Assembly: GCA_963666425.2 (NCBI GenBank)
Contig: OY762825.2
Span: 2,592,001-2,656,000, forward strand
Source of the DNA: Bacillota bacterium
Lineage (GTDB): Bacteria; Bacillota; JAAYKD01
Reading direction: 5' to 3'
DNA: 64,000 bases
Positions within the stretch are counted from its first letter, which is position 1; each line of letters starts with the position of its first letter. Of this stretch, positions 11,601-18,251 are shown one piece after another. The notes beneath the pieces are model-generated. The model was not told the origin of the DNA. It did not search any database and saw only the letters and a program-made list of their open reading frames with translations. A program made the position numbers and the translations under genes.

Positions 11601-11927
11601 TTCGCTAACGCTGATTCGTTAATCGTTGGGGATACTACATTAAGCGGAACAACGACAATTGGCTTGGATTTAGCAAATGCAGGTGCGACCATGACGCTTG
11701 GTGAGATCCGTGCTATGGGACATGATCGTTATGTGCTGATAGGCCAGGTGTCCGGCACAGGCGAAAACCCGTCTCCTATTACAATTACAATTATTTTCCG
11801 TGCCGGAGCGAATCAATATCAGCTCAGCGATCTGACGAGTTTGAAGACCCTGATTAAAACCGTGATCACAGATGCAGGCAGACTTGATGCAATGAGACAA
11901 GCCTTTAGCACACTGACAATCTCATAG
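5700..11927 (+). CDS. Large S-layer homology (SLH) surface protein with Ig-like repeats
   Basis: Signal peptide (..AAMA/QS), three SLH repeats (LKRSEL, VTREQA, ITRAEF), Thr/Ala/Val-rich beta modules, Big_2-like and duplicated Big_3-like domains. Confidence 0.9.
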   Translation: MNMKKTLFLVLMIVALLCFSGAAMAQSFFDMPNNWSTEALQHAVDNGLLFGSDGYLKPNDSLKRSELAAIVVRAFGANVAADISHFSDVNANAWYAVEMAKAVEMKVMEGDGIRLNPETAVTREQAFAVLARAFHIANGSKADFAGFLDASSVSSWFEAELGGMVKAGYVSGSDQNLEPLSPITRAEFAQVMHTLVQTYVVAPGTYTADYAGNVLVRVSDARFEGVTFNGNLIAADGIGTGNIYLKDCTVKGEVIIRGGGMNSVVIDGGNYPNGITVVTTPSGGTRIFTTDASGLEVTIAETAANETVKIEGSIAKVTVNAENVNLEIADNSVVAALVVNSNNTTVTSIGNGTITDVQVNVPAQSNPADAVITLNANMTNVTVNTQTDVMMDSATVTTLTVAPSAASTSIHVGAEATVTTMTVNAQQTTVTASNGAVMTTVNVSANNVTVAVPSTMVSVIVGSSVTGSVVNETAVAANTTTTVTSAGVITTTPTTPPVVVPPESEPEVVVSAISVTPTIMTLTSGGATGTITATVSPVNATNRNIIWSSSNRNVATVANGIVTPIAVGTTTITATSASDGTKTAATEVTVNPIARINSINPATLREAFIPNNGSLISGNVVITIANGIFADPLVKADVTASAGLPIGMDYTVTRNSDTQLTITITGSAANHADANDVSNLSFTIAKAKIAGAIANLTTEDINIDFNDPVSISATTLNYAAPSGFSGASNTVALTGTTFTAAAIAENTANWTIDTGTTNLQVFSITRTGDQAVTINFTVKTAGLGSGTGTITIQAKAAALTSNAASNIASVVITDNSAPIVSNCNISAITDSAATLSFSSNESGTYYYLVYVAADAAPDAAIIKAQGSSAARETGIASAAVNTSNITSLERFKAYKAYVIVEDSTGNISDLQSIEFTTAKTKVTNAAIQGLTAPITDAAAVTTITSTDEYTGTVAWNPIPENNQFAVCTAYTATITITPKTGYTLTGLSANFFSAAGATSVSNAANSGTVTVVFPATTVSTAAQFETALANNTVATIILSETITGNVTATRTGATNFTIDFGTYSLVGSLNLVADMVTAITFNGTAIPAITGNLTLSATLATVTNNISVGGTITINGVGDNTWIEVANGNQIIVHDDNGATFDIQGLPEGITVTNGANGINITANIPIDIVINAGAEVDNITVGTDAAGSSITNNGTVTNVTANSDISVANNSGAVNVGGTGTIGTSGTASGNVTGTAVIVTGITDLAIPTVLRIGGTTTATITTATSGSTYNVTSANPLIVSVDAATGLAITALAPGKTAITVQVKNASGDVTHQGTIAVTVLPAEISAAYVTMAAPVLGVTPENAALIQTNTANPDYTVTSVTWNQELTPTGKFKAGVAYTATVVLASKNDKAFQTAAFTPTVATAASVGATTTQGTGSGNSVSFIVTFPATAPLAVTGIEVTTQPSQLQYTAGQLLVLNGMIVTEINNDGTTKTVSFTNGTAPGYTANPANGTALGKTAHSYQTVTITLTASAKTAVTAQLIVVNNTQTAPSGFAAVAPTADSNNGRITGTTSAMEYKLLSSAKDWIAVAGTEITGLLSGTYEVRYAAKEGFDPSPAVQVMVPALVSIAITTPATKTAYKVGEPLNIASLVVTGTYDNLTTKTETITTANISGFNSAAVALSQTLTIKVGYQTTTYTISIAKADGPALVGVTMNDLANTLIGITAGMEFSTNGTTWTAYTAAAPNLPALTGTVALQVRVAATAIREAGAATTFNFTVPTLSSIAITTPATKTAYKVGETLNITGLVVTGTYSDTTTKVETITTGNVTGFNSTAVAASQTLTITVGSRTTTYNISIASAEQAAPTGLSGVSPTTIEGTDGKISGTTSLMEYKLATAADSTYTACSANATTVPAVGNYYVRFAAKTGFNAGAAVLVTVSESIFPRVTAISISVNYSVIAPTSETPTSLTFDLSAIPDSASITALGISFANADSLIVGDTTLSGTTTIGLDLANAGATMTLGEIRAMGHDRYVLIGQVSGTGENPSPITITIIFRAGANQYQLSDLTSLKTLIKTVITDAGRLDAMRQAFSTLTIS
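10517..11213 (+). repeat. Duplicated Ig-like module inside the SLH gene (copies about 10517-10745 and 10983-11213)
   Basis: SIAITTPATKTAYKVGE.LNI..LVVTGTY...TTK.ETITT.N..GFNS.AVA.SQTLTI.VG occurs twice with clear DNA similarity. Confidence 0.9.
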
Positions 11928-11956
11928 TCAGGCTAAAGTAAATTTACTACCGCAGT

Positions 11957-11993
11957 AAAAAAAGCGGGGCGGGCATGCGCCGCCCCGCTTTTT
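11957..11993 (+). terminator. Intrinsic terminator after the SLH gene
   Basis: AAAAGCGGGGCGG-gcatgcg-CCGCCCCGCTTTTT. Confidence 0.85.
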
Positions 11994-12052
11994 GTCTCTT
12001 TTATGAGAAATCGAAAGAATCGCTGATTTTTATGGGAAAGGAGGAAGATTGG

Positions 12053-12778
12053 ATGAAACGCTTCTGGATTACTTTGATTTGCGTCGTATGTTTAGTAGCT
12101 ACGATCGGTTTGGTGAGTGCGTATTGGATAGGGGATTTTCTCTTTCGTAATATGCTGCAGATGAATAACTCAGAGACTTTTATCCCTGCAGAAGATTCGG
12201 ATTTATTGCTCGAAACGGAAAAAGGAACAGAATCGCTCACCTCCGAGCTGCCGACCGATAACAAACAGGAAGACACTCCAATGGCACCTGCTTCTGATAT
12301 TGCTTCACCTGAGGATTCCAAACCAATCCCTGCTCCGTCAGAGATGCAGCAAAATTTACCATCCATTGATCCGGCTCCGGTAACGCCGACAACACCTGGG
12401 ATATCAGAACTGCCTACTGTAACCGAATCACCGACCGTGACGCAGCCGAATTTGCCATCAACTGATCCAGCGCCGGTAACGCCGGCAACACCTCCTGTAA
12501 CCGAATCACCGGCAGTAACCGAACCTGAGCTAACCGATGCGGAAATTATTGCTTCGGTAGAAAGTGTCGATAAAATGGCCATCGCTTTGTGGATCCTTCC
12601 GAAGCTAACTCCATCGGATCTTTCCACTCTTTTTGACATGGTCAGTGATGGTGTGTTATCAGCGGAAGAAAAAGTAACTGCGAAAGCGATCTGTTACAGC
12701 CGTTTCAGCGGCGATGATTTGCTAAAAGTAAAAGCCTATTATGATAAATACAAAGGAAATCTCACAATAATTCCGTAA
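12053..12778 (+). CDS. Membrane-anchored Pro/Thr/Ser-rich hypothetical protein
   Basis: SD AAGGAGG before ATG 12053; N-terminal TM helix; duplicated NLPS.DPAPVTP.TP / VTESP.VT.P linker; helical C-terminal domain. Confidence 0.75.
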   Translation: MKRFWITLICVVCLVATIGLVSAYWIGDFLFRNMLQMNNSETFIPAEDSDLLLETEKGTESLTSELPTDNKQEDTPMAPASDIASPEDSKPIPAPSEMQQNLPSIDPAPVTPTTPGISELPTVTESPTVTQPNLPSTDPAPVTPATPPVTESPAVTEPELTDAEIIASVESVDKMAIALWILPKLTPSDLSTLFDMVSDGVLSAEEKVTAKAICYSRFSGDDLLKVKAYYDKYKGNLTIIP

Positions 12779-12836
12779 TAATTGTGAACATTGTTTAAAA
12801 ACCTATTAATGTTGATTCTTCAGGAGGGGTGATCGG

Positions 12837-13349
12837 ATGGGTAAAAGAAATTAGTGTTTGGTGGGCTGGATTGCACATGGCGGACCGGTTACTTCAACCG
12901 ATGAACCGACGACTTGTTATTATATGATCATATCAGAAGCGGTAGAGCTGGTTCTGCAAGCAGGAAGTTTGCATAACGATGGAGAAGTCTTTGGATTGGA
13001 TAGGGGTGATCCGGTGAAAATAGTCGATTTGGTTCGCGACATCATTCGTTTTACCGGATTTGAACCTGATGTGAATATCTCGATCGAAATTATCGGCGCC
13101 AGACCGGGAGAAAATTCATGAAGAACTGCTTATAGCGGAAGAAGATACGATTACATCCCGTTATAAGAAATTAATCATCGCTTAGAAAAATTGATGGATT
13201 CTTTTACCATAAAGAGAATGCTAAAGAGATTATATGAAATCGCTTTAGCGGATGAAATTGATCATCAGCAAGCAATTGATGTTATAATGAAAGCAGGAAA
13301 AAAAGCTGTTGCCAAACCCCTATTGGCTAAGCATTCCGAGAGCCGGTAA
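12837..13349 (+). pseudogene. Remnant of CapD/PglF-type nucleotide-sugar 4,6-dehydratase (polysaccharide biosynthesis protein)
   Basis: SD + ATG 12837 stops after MGKRN; then GGPVT..YYMIISEAVELVLQAG..GEVFGLDRGDPVKIVDL..IEIIGARPGE; frameshift near 13110 continues as IHEELLIAEE; further stop/shift near 13185. Confidence 0.8.
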
Positions 13350-13462
13350 AAAAAACTCGGAATCCTTAGAAAATGAAAAATTTAAAATAGAAAGCATGCA
13401 CTGGGAATACTTCTTTTCTTCCTGATTCGTATTGTTCAAGTGTGCATGAAGTGAGGGAAAAA

Positions 13463-14167
13463 ATGGAACTTGATTTGAGAAAATTGATTGCCATCCTTTT
13501 GGAAAAATGGTGGATCATTCTTTTAAGTGTGATATTATGCGCTTCTGTTACGTTTGGTGTTTTTCGCTTTATGGTGGCTCCGGTTTATACCACCTCAACC
13601 ACTCTCTATGTTTATAATACGGAAAACCGGACGACAGGGTCTCTGACAACCGGCGACTTAACCGTGGCGCGTAATATGGTAACCACCTATGTGGTTTTGT
13701 TGAAAAGTGATTCTGTACTCAGCGAAGTAGCCAAACAGACCAATCTAGGTTATACCGCCGCTCAAATTAAAGCCATGATCAGCGCCTCCTCTGAGAACAA
13801 TACCGAGGTTATTAAAGTCATGGTCGAGAATACCAATCCTGAGCATGCGCGAGTTATCGCCAATACACTCTTGGCAGTTGGTGCTGAAAAAATCGTCAAA
13901 GTCATGAAAGCCGGATCAGTTGAGGTGATCGACGAAGCAAAGCTGCCGACAGTGCCTTCCGGTCCCAATGTCATGCTCAACTCGGTCATTGGTGCCCTAT
14001 TGGGTATGATGGTTTCTGTGATGGGAATCCTGTTGATTGAAATGTTTGATACAACAGTCAAATCAGAAGAGGATCTCAAAGAAATGTTTAATATCCCCGT
14101 AGTTGGTGTCATTCCTACCATCCCAGCCAATGCCTCAGAGAAAAAGGGAGGTAAGAAATATGAATAA
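13463..14167 (+). CDS. cpsC: Wzz/CpsC (YveK-like) polysaccharide co-polymerase, BY-kinase modulator
   Basis: MELDLRKL..KWWII, PVYTTSTTLYV, VIDEAKLPTVPSGPN, two TM segments, DTTVKSEEDL..IPVVGVIP. Confidence 0.9.
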   Translation: MELDLRKLIAILLEKWWIILLSVILCASVTFGVFRFMVAPVYTTSTTLYVYNTENRTTGSLTTGDLTVARNMVTTYVVLLKSDSVLSEVAKQTNLGYTAAQIKAMISASSENNTEVIKVMVENTNPEHARVIANTLLAVGAEKIVKVMKAGSVEVIDEAKLPTVPSGPNVMLNSVIGALLGMMVSVMGILLIEMFDTTVKSEEDLKEMFNIPVVGVIPTIPANASEKKGGKKYE

Positions 14168-14915
14168 CAAAAAAAGTCAAAGACGGGATCTGGTTTTATC
14201 AGCGCAGACCCCATTTGCTGTGGTAGAAGCGTACAAAGCGGCTCGGACGAACTTTATGTTTATGCTAAGCGGCAGCGGCAAAAAGGAAATGATTTTTACC
14301 AGCGCTATTTCTGAAGAAGGAAAGACAACAACCTGTATCAATTTAGCGATTACCTTTGCACAGACCGGTTCACGGGTTTTGATCGTGGACGCGGATATGC
14401 GGAAACCCAGGGTTCATCGTTTACTGAAGGTACCGGCTTCACCGGGCTTGAGTGATCGCCTGGGTAATTTGACACAATCAGACTGTATCTATACCACTGC
14501 ATTCGAGAATGTTTTTGTCCTACCGGCCGGAACTTTGCCGCCGAACTCAGCGGAATTACTGGCTTCTGAAACGATGCTGCGCTTGATGACCGAATTCAAC
14601 GAAAGATTTGATTATATCTTTATTGATACGCCGCCAGTCGATGTTGTAACCGATGCGGCAGTGATTGCCAGTCGCTTCCATGGTTTGGTTTTAGTTGCAC
14701 GCGAGGGTTACAGCAGCAAAGAAGTGATGCAATCGGCGGTAGGAGCGCTGGAGCAAGCCGGTGTGAATATCTTGGGTATTGTCTTAAATGATGCAGATGT
14801 CGGAAAATATGCGAATCGCTATCGATATAACACCAAATATGGTCGTTATAGTTACAAATATGGTTATAAATATGGATATAAATCAGCATATGAGGAAGAA
14901 AATGAACCGCGTTGA
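14160..14915 (+). CDS. cpsD: CpsD/CapB bacterial tyrosine kinase
   Basis: EAYKAARTN, TSAISEEGKTT, VLIVDADMRKP, IFIDTPP, C-terminal Tyr cluster YRYNTKYGRYSYKYGYKYGY. Confidence 0.95.
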   Translation: MNNKKSQRRDLVLSAQTPFAVVEAYKAARTNFMFMLSGSGKKEMIFTSAISEEGKTTTCINLAITFAQTGSRVLIVDADMRKPRVHRLLKVPASPGLSDRLGNLTQSDCIYTTAFENVFVLPAGTLPPNSAELLASETMLRLMTEFNERFDYIFIDTPPVDVVTDAAVIASRFHGLVLVAREGYSSKEVMQSAVGALEQAGVNILGIVLNDADVGKYANRYRYNTKYGRYSYKYGYKYGYKSAYEEENEPR

Positions 14916-15591
14916 TTTTCATACGCACTTACTTCCAGGTGTGGATCACGGCAGCAAAGATTTGGATACTTCACAAAAGCAACTGCAGGCTGCAAAAAAG
15001 GCCGGTGTGGTTACTGTGGTAACCACACCTCATTTTTATTCCTGGCGACAGGATTTGGCAACATTTTTACCGCTCAGGGCAAACGCCCTGCAGTTGCTGC
15101 AGGACTATGCCGCAGAGCTCAACATGCAGTTAGTCGCCGCTGCGGAAGTGACGCTTTCCATGGAACTGCCAACTTTGCCGGGTTTAGAGCAGTTGTGTAT
15201 TGGCAGTACGAATTATATCCTGATTGAAATGCCTTTAGAAAATTGGGGAACTTGGGTCTATGATGCTTTGGAAACCATCATAGGCCGCCGAAATCTGCGC
15301 CCGATCATCGCACATGTAGATCGTTATCCGGTGAAGGCAACGCAGCGTTTACTGGAATTGGAGGTGTTGGCTCAGGTCAATGCCGAAGCCTTTCATTCCA
15401 TTTGGGGCGGCCAAATTTACCAAAATTGGATCAAGACGGGTCTGGTGCAGTTATTGGGCAGCGATGTTCATGATGCAGCTGCACCGCAGTATCAGGACTT
15501 TACCAAAGCGCTGAATCGTTTGGCAAAATGGGAAGAACAATTGATGGATAACGCCAATACAATCCTGGCAGGAGAGTCCATTGATCGCTAG
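14902..15591 (+). CDS. cpsB: CpsB/CapC PHP-family phosphotyrosine phosphatase
   Basis: VDFHTHLLPGVDHGS, TTPHF, IIAHVDRY, LGSDVH; start overlaps cpsD end. Confidence 0.9.
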   Translation: MNRVDFHTHLLPGVDHGSKDLDTSQKQLQAAKKAGVVTVVTTPHFYSWRQDLATFLPLRANALQLLQDYAAELNMQLVAAAEVTLSMELPTLPGLEQLCIGSTNYILIEMPLENWGTWVYDALETIIGRRNLRPIIAHVDRYPVKATQRLLELEVLAQVNAEAFHSIWGGQIYQNWIKTGLVQLLGSDVHDAAAPQYQDFTKALNRLAKWEEQLMDNANTILAGESIDR

Positions 15592-15600
15592 AAAAATAGG

Positions 15601-15650
15601 AAAGCAGCCGCAGTGCCCAAATGATTTTGGGGCAGCACGGCTGCTTTTTT
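15601..15650. terminator. Terminator between convergent cpsB and iorB
   Basis: AAAGCAGCCG...CGGCTGCTTTTTT. Confidence 0.75.
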
Positions 15651-15700
15651 ATTGATAAGCACATTGTCACTGAAAGCGTCGTTTCTTCAAAAAAACCGGC

Positions 15701-16279
15701 TTATTCGCTGTATTGATAACCAATTTCAAATGCTTTCAGATTTAGTTCAAGATAACGAGCGGGAATGACGGTAGCCAAAGCATCCAGCCAAACTTGTTTC
15801 GGTGTATCTTGCCAGCTGGCTGCCACCGTTCCCAGCAGCAGAATATTGACAATCCGTTGATTGCCGAGCTGCGCCGCCAATTGGCTTGCCGGCACCTTGC
15901 GAATATGGTTCGTGTAGTTTAACAATACAGCTTCAATATCGCTTGGATACTGTGCTGCTCCAATGACGACAGGCATGGGGGCAATTTCCTGATCGTTATA
16001 CACAATAGAACCGTTTTCTTTCAGCAAAGGTAAATAGCGCTGCGCTTCCAATTTTTCAAAAGAGATGATATCGTCGGCTTCACCATTTTCAATCAGCGGT
16101 GAATAAACTTTCTCGGCAATTTTAATCTGCGTTACGACAGAACCACCGCGCTGAGCCATACCATGGATTTCTGACATTTTCACATCCATGCCCAGATTTA
16201 AACCGACTTGTGCCAGAACTTTTGCGGCCAGGATCGTGCCTTGTCCGCCGACACCGACTAAGAGAATTGCGCGTTTCAT
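15701..16279 (-). CDS. iorB: Indolepyruvate:ferredoxin oxidoreductase beta subunit
   Basis: LVGVGGQGTILA, SEIHGMAQRGGSV, NLKAFEIG. Confidence 0.92.
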   Translation of the reverse strand: MKRAILLVGVGGQGTILAAKVLAQVGLNLGMDVKMSEIHGMAQRGGSVVTQIKIAEKVYSPLIENGEADDIISFEKLEAQRYLPLLKENGSIVYNDQEIAPMPVVIGAAQYPSDIEAVLLNYTNHIRKVPASQLAAQLGNQRIVNILLLGTVAASWQDTPKQVWLDALATVIPARYLELNLKAFEIGYQYSE

Positions 16280-16280
16280 A

Positions 16281-18038
16281 TTAGTTCACTCCCTTTTCAA
16301 TGGCACCGAATTTGCATAGCTGCGCACAGGCACTGCAGCCCACGCATAGGGTTGGATCGATTAAAACCTTTTTGTCCTGCAGTGTCATAGCAGGGCAGCC
16401 GAGTTTTAAGCAAGCTTTGCAGCCTTTGCATTGAGTCGGATTGACTCGATAGTGATCGGTCAGATCTTTGCGGATCAGGACGCAGGGTTGGCGAACAATG
16501 ATCACACTGACTTCGCGCACAGCCAGTTCTTCTTTGATGGCTTTGCGCAAAGCTGTTAAATCATAGGCATCGACGATGCGGACACGATTGACACCCAAGG
16601 CGCGAATGACATTTTCATAATTGATTTTAGCCGATACTTGACCATTCAGCTGCACCCCGGTGCCGGGATGGTTTTGGTGGCCCGTCATAGCGGTAATACT
16701 GTTATCGAGCAGGAGAATCGTTGCGCTGCCGCCGTTGTAGACTTGATCCACCAAGCCGGTCATGCCGGAGTGGAAAAATGTGCTGTCACCCATCACAGCG
16801 ACGAGCCGATCGGCCATTTCTGGGTGAACTTTTTCTATGCCAAGCGCCATGGGAATGGAAGCACCCATGCAGATGCAGGTGTCAATCGCGCTGAGCGGCG
16901 GCAGGGCACCTAAAGTATAGCAGCCAATGTCACCGGTCACCGTACAGTTCAATTCATGTAAAGTGTAGAACACATTGCGATGCGGGCAGCCCGGACAAAG
17001 AACCGGCGGACGTTCCGGTGAATAGGGCTGTGGCTTTACCGGATCGACCGGTTGACCAAGGATTTTTTCTCGCAGGATGGAAGGTGACAATTCTCCGATC
17101 AACGGCAATAATTCTTTGCCATAGAAAGGAATACAGCCGTTGCTGCCCAGGCAGAGAATGCTGGCAGCACTGATTTGCTCTTCCATGAACGGATCCAATT
17201 CTTCTACAACCCATAATTCTTCCACCTGAGCAGCAAATTGGCTGATCAGCTGCATCGGCAGGGGATTGGTTAAACCTAATTTCAGCACGGATGCCTGGGG
17301 CAGTGCTTCTTTGACATATTGGTAGCAGATGCCGCTGGTGATAATTCCCAGGTTTTTATCCTGTATTTCCATCCGGTTGAGGGGGGAAGTTTCATTATAT
17401 TCCGCTAATTGATGTAAACGTTCGGCTAAGCTGACCCGCAAGTGTCTGGCATTGGCGGGCAGGGTAACATATTTTGCGAAATCCTTCTGATAGGCTTTCG
17501 GCTGCTGCTGGCTAGGCTCTTCCAGGCGCACTAAACCTTTGGTATGCGCAATCCGGGTGGTGATGCGTACCATCATCGGCAAATCGAATGTCTCTGAGAG
17601 TTCAAAAGCTAATTTGATAAAATCCTTGCATTCTTGACTATCGCTCGGCTCCAGCAAACCGATTTTGGCGAATCTGGCATACTGACGGTTATCCTGCTCG
17701 TTTTGTGAGCTGTGCATACCGGGATCATCGGCGGAAACGATCACAAAGCCAGCATTGACACCGGTATAAGCAAAAGAAAAGAGCGGATCGGCCGCTACAT
17801 TGACACCAACATGTTTCATGCATACCATAGAGCGACCGCCTGCGATCGAACCGCCGATCGCAACTTCGGTGGCAACTTTTTCATTGGGGCTCCACTGGGA
17901 TCGGATGGTTTTGTACTGAGCGATATTCTCCAATATTTCGGTACTTGGCGTACCCGGGTAGGCAGCGGCAAGCTGCACGCCGGCTTCATAAGCACCGCGG
18001 GCAAGCGCTTCGTTGCCGGATAAAAGAACAACAGACAT
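16281..18038 (-). CDS. iorA: Indolepyruvate:ferredoxin oxidoreductase alpha subunit
   Basis: Start ATG 18038 after GAGGAGGA; SGNEALARG, YPGTPSTE, RPPVLCPGCPHR, GDIGCY, GDSTFFHSG, C-terminal ferredoxin Cys motifs. Confidence 0.95.
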   Translation of the reverse strand: MSVVLLSGNEALARGAYEAGVQLAAAYPGTPSTEILENIAQYKTIRSQWSPNEKVATEVAIGGSIAGGRSMVCMKHVGVNVAADPLFSFAYTGVNAGFVIVSADDPGMHSSQNEQDNRQYARFAKIGLLEPSDSQECKDFIKLAFELSETFDLPMMVRITTRIAHTKGLVRLEEPSQQQPKAYQKDFAKYVTLPANARHLRVSLAERLHQLAEYNETSPLNRMEIQDKNLGIITSGICYQYVKEALPQASVLKLGLTNPLPMQLISQFAAQVEELWVVEELDPFMEEQISAASILCLGSNGCIPFYGKELLPLIGELSPSILREKILGQPVDPVKPQPYSPERPPVLCPGCPHRNVFYTLHELNCTVTGDIGCYTLGALPPLSAIDTCICMGASIPMALGIEKVHPEMADRLVAVMGDSTFFHSGMTGLVDQVYNGGSATILLLDNSITAMTGHQNHPGTGVQLNGQVSAKINYENVIRALGVNRVRIVDAYDLTALRKAIKEELAVREVSVIIVRQPCVLIRKDLTDHYRVNPTQCKGCKACLKLGCPAMTLQDKKVLIDPTLCVGCSACAQLCKFGAIEKGVN

Positions 18039-18251
18039 AAGATATTCCTCCTCTTTCTCTATAGGACGCAAAAAAGTTTGCATCTTCTGAATTCTCCTTT
18101 CGCTTCTTCTGTTCCTGCTTAAAAAACCGGATAAACATTTGGTTTGCAAACCTTTATGGAGAAACACTGCGATATCTTGCGCTGCGGCAGGGAAACCCAC
18201 ACGTCAGAGAGAAACTTTAGCATGAGAAGATTAAAAATGGTGGTGAAGAGA

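Noticed and set aside
5819-12639. Long minus-strand ORFs inside the SLH gene and the Pro-rich gene (e.g. 6929-7642, 9128-9604, 12001-12639)
   Set aside because: Expected stop-poor antisense frames of Thr/Ala/Val/Pro-rich coding DNA; no SD or recognisable motifs.
12782-12799. TTGTGAACATTGTTTAAA as a Rex operator
   Set aside because: Only the left half matches TTGTGAA-N4-TTCACAA.
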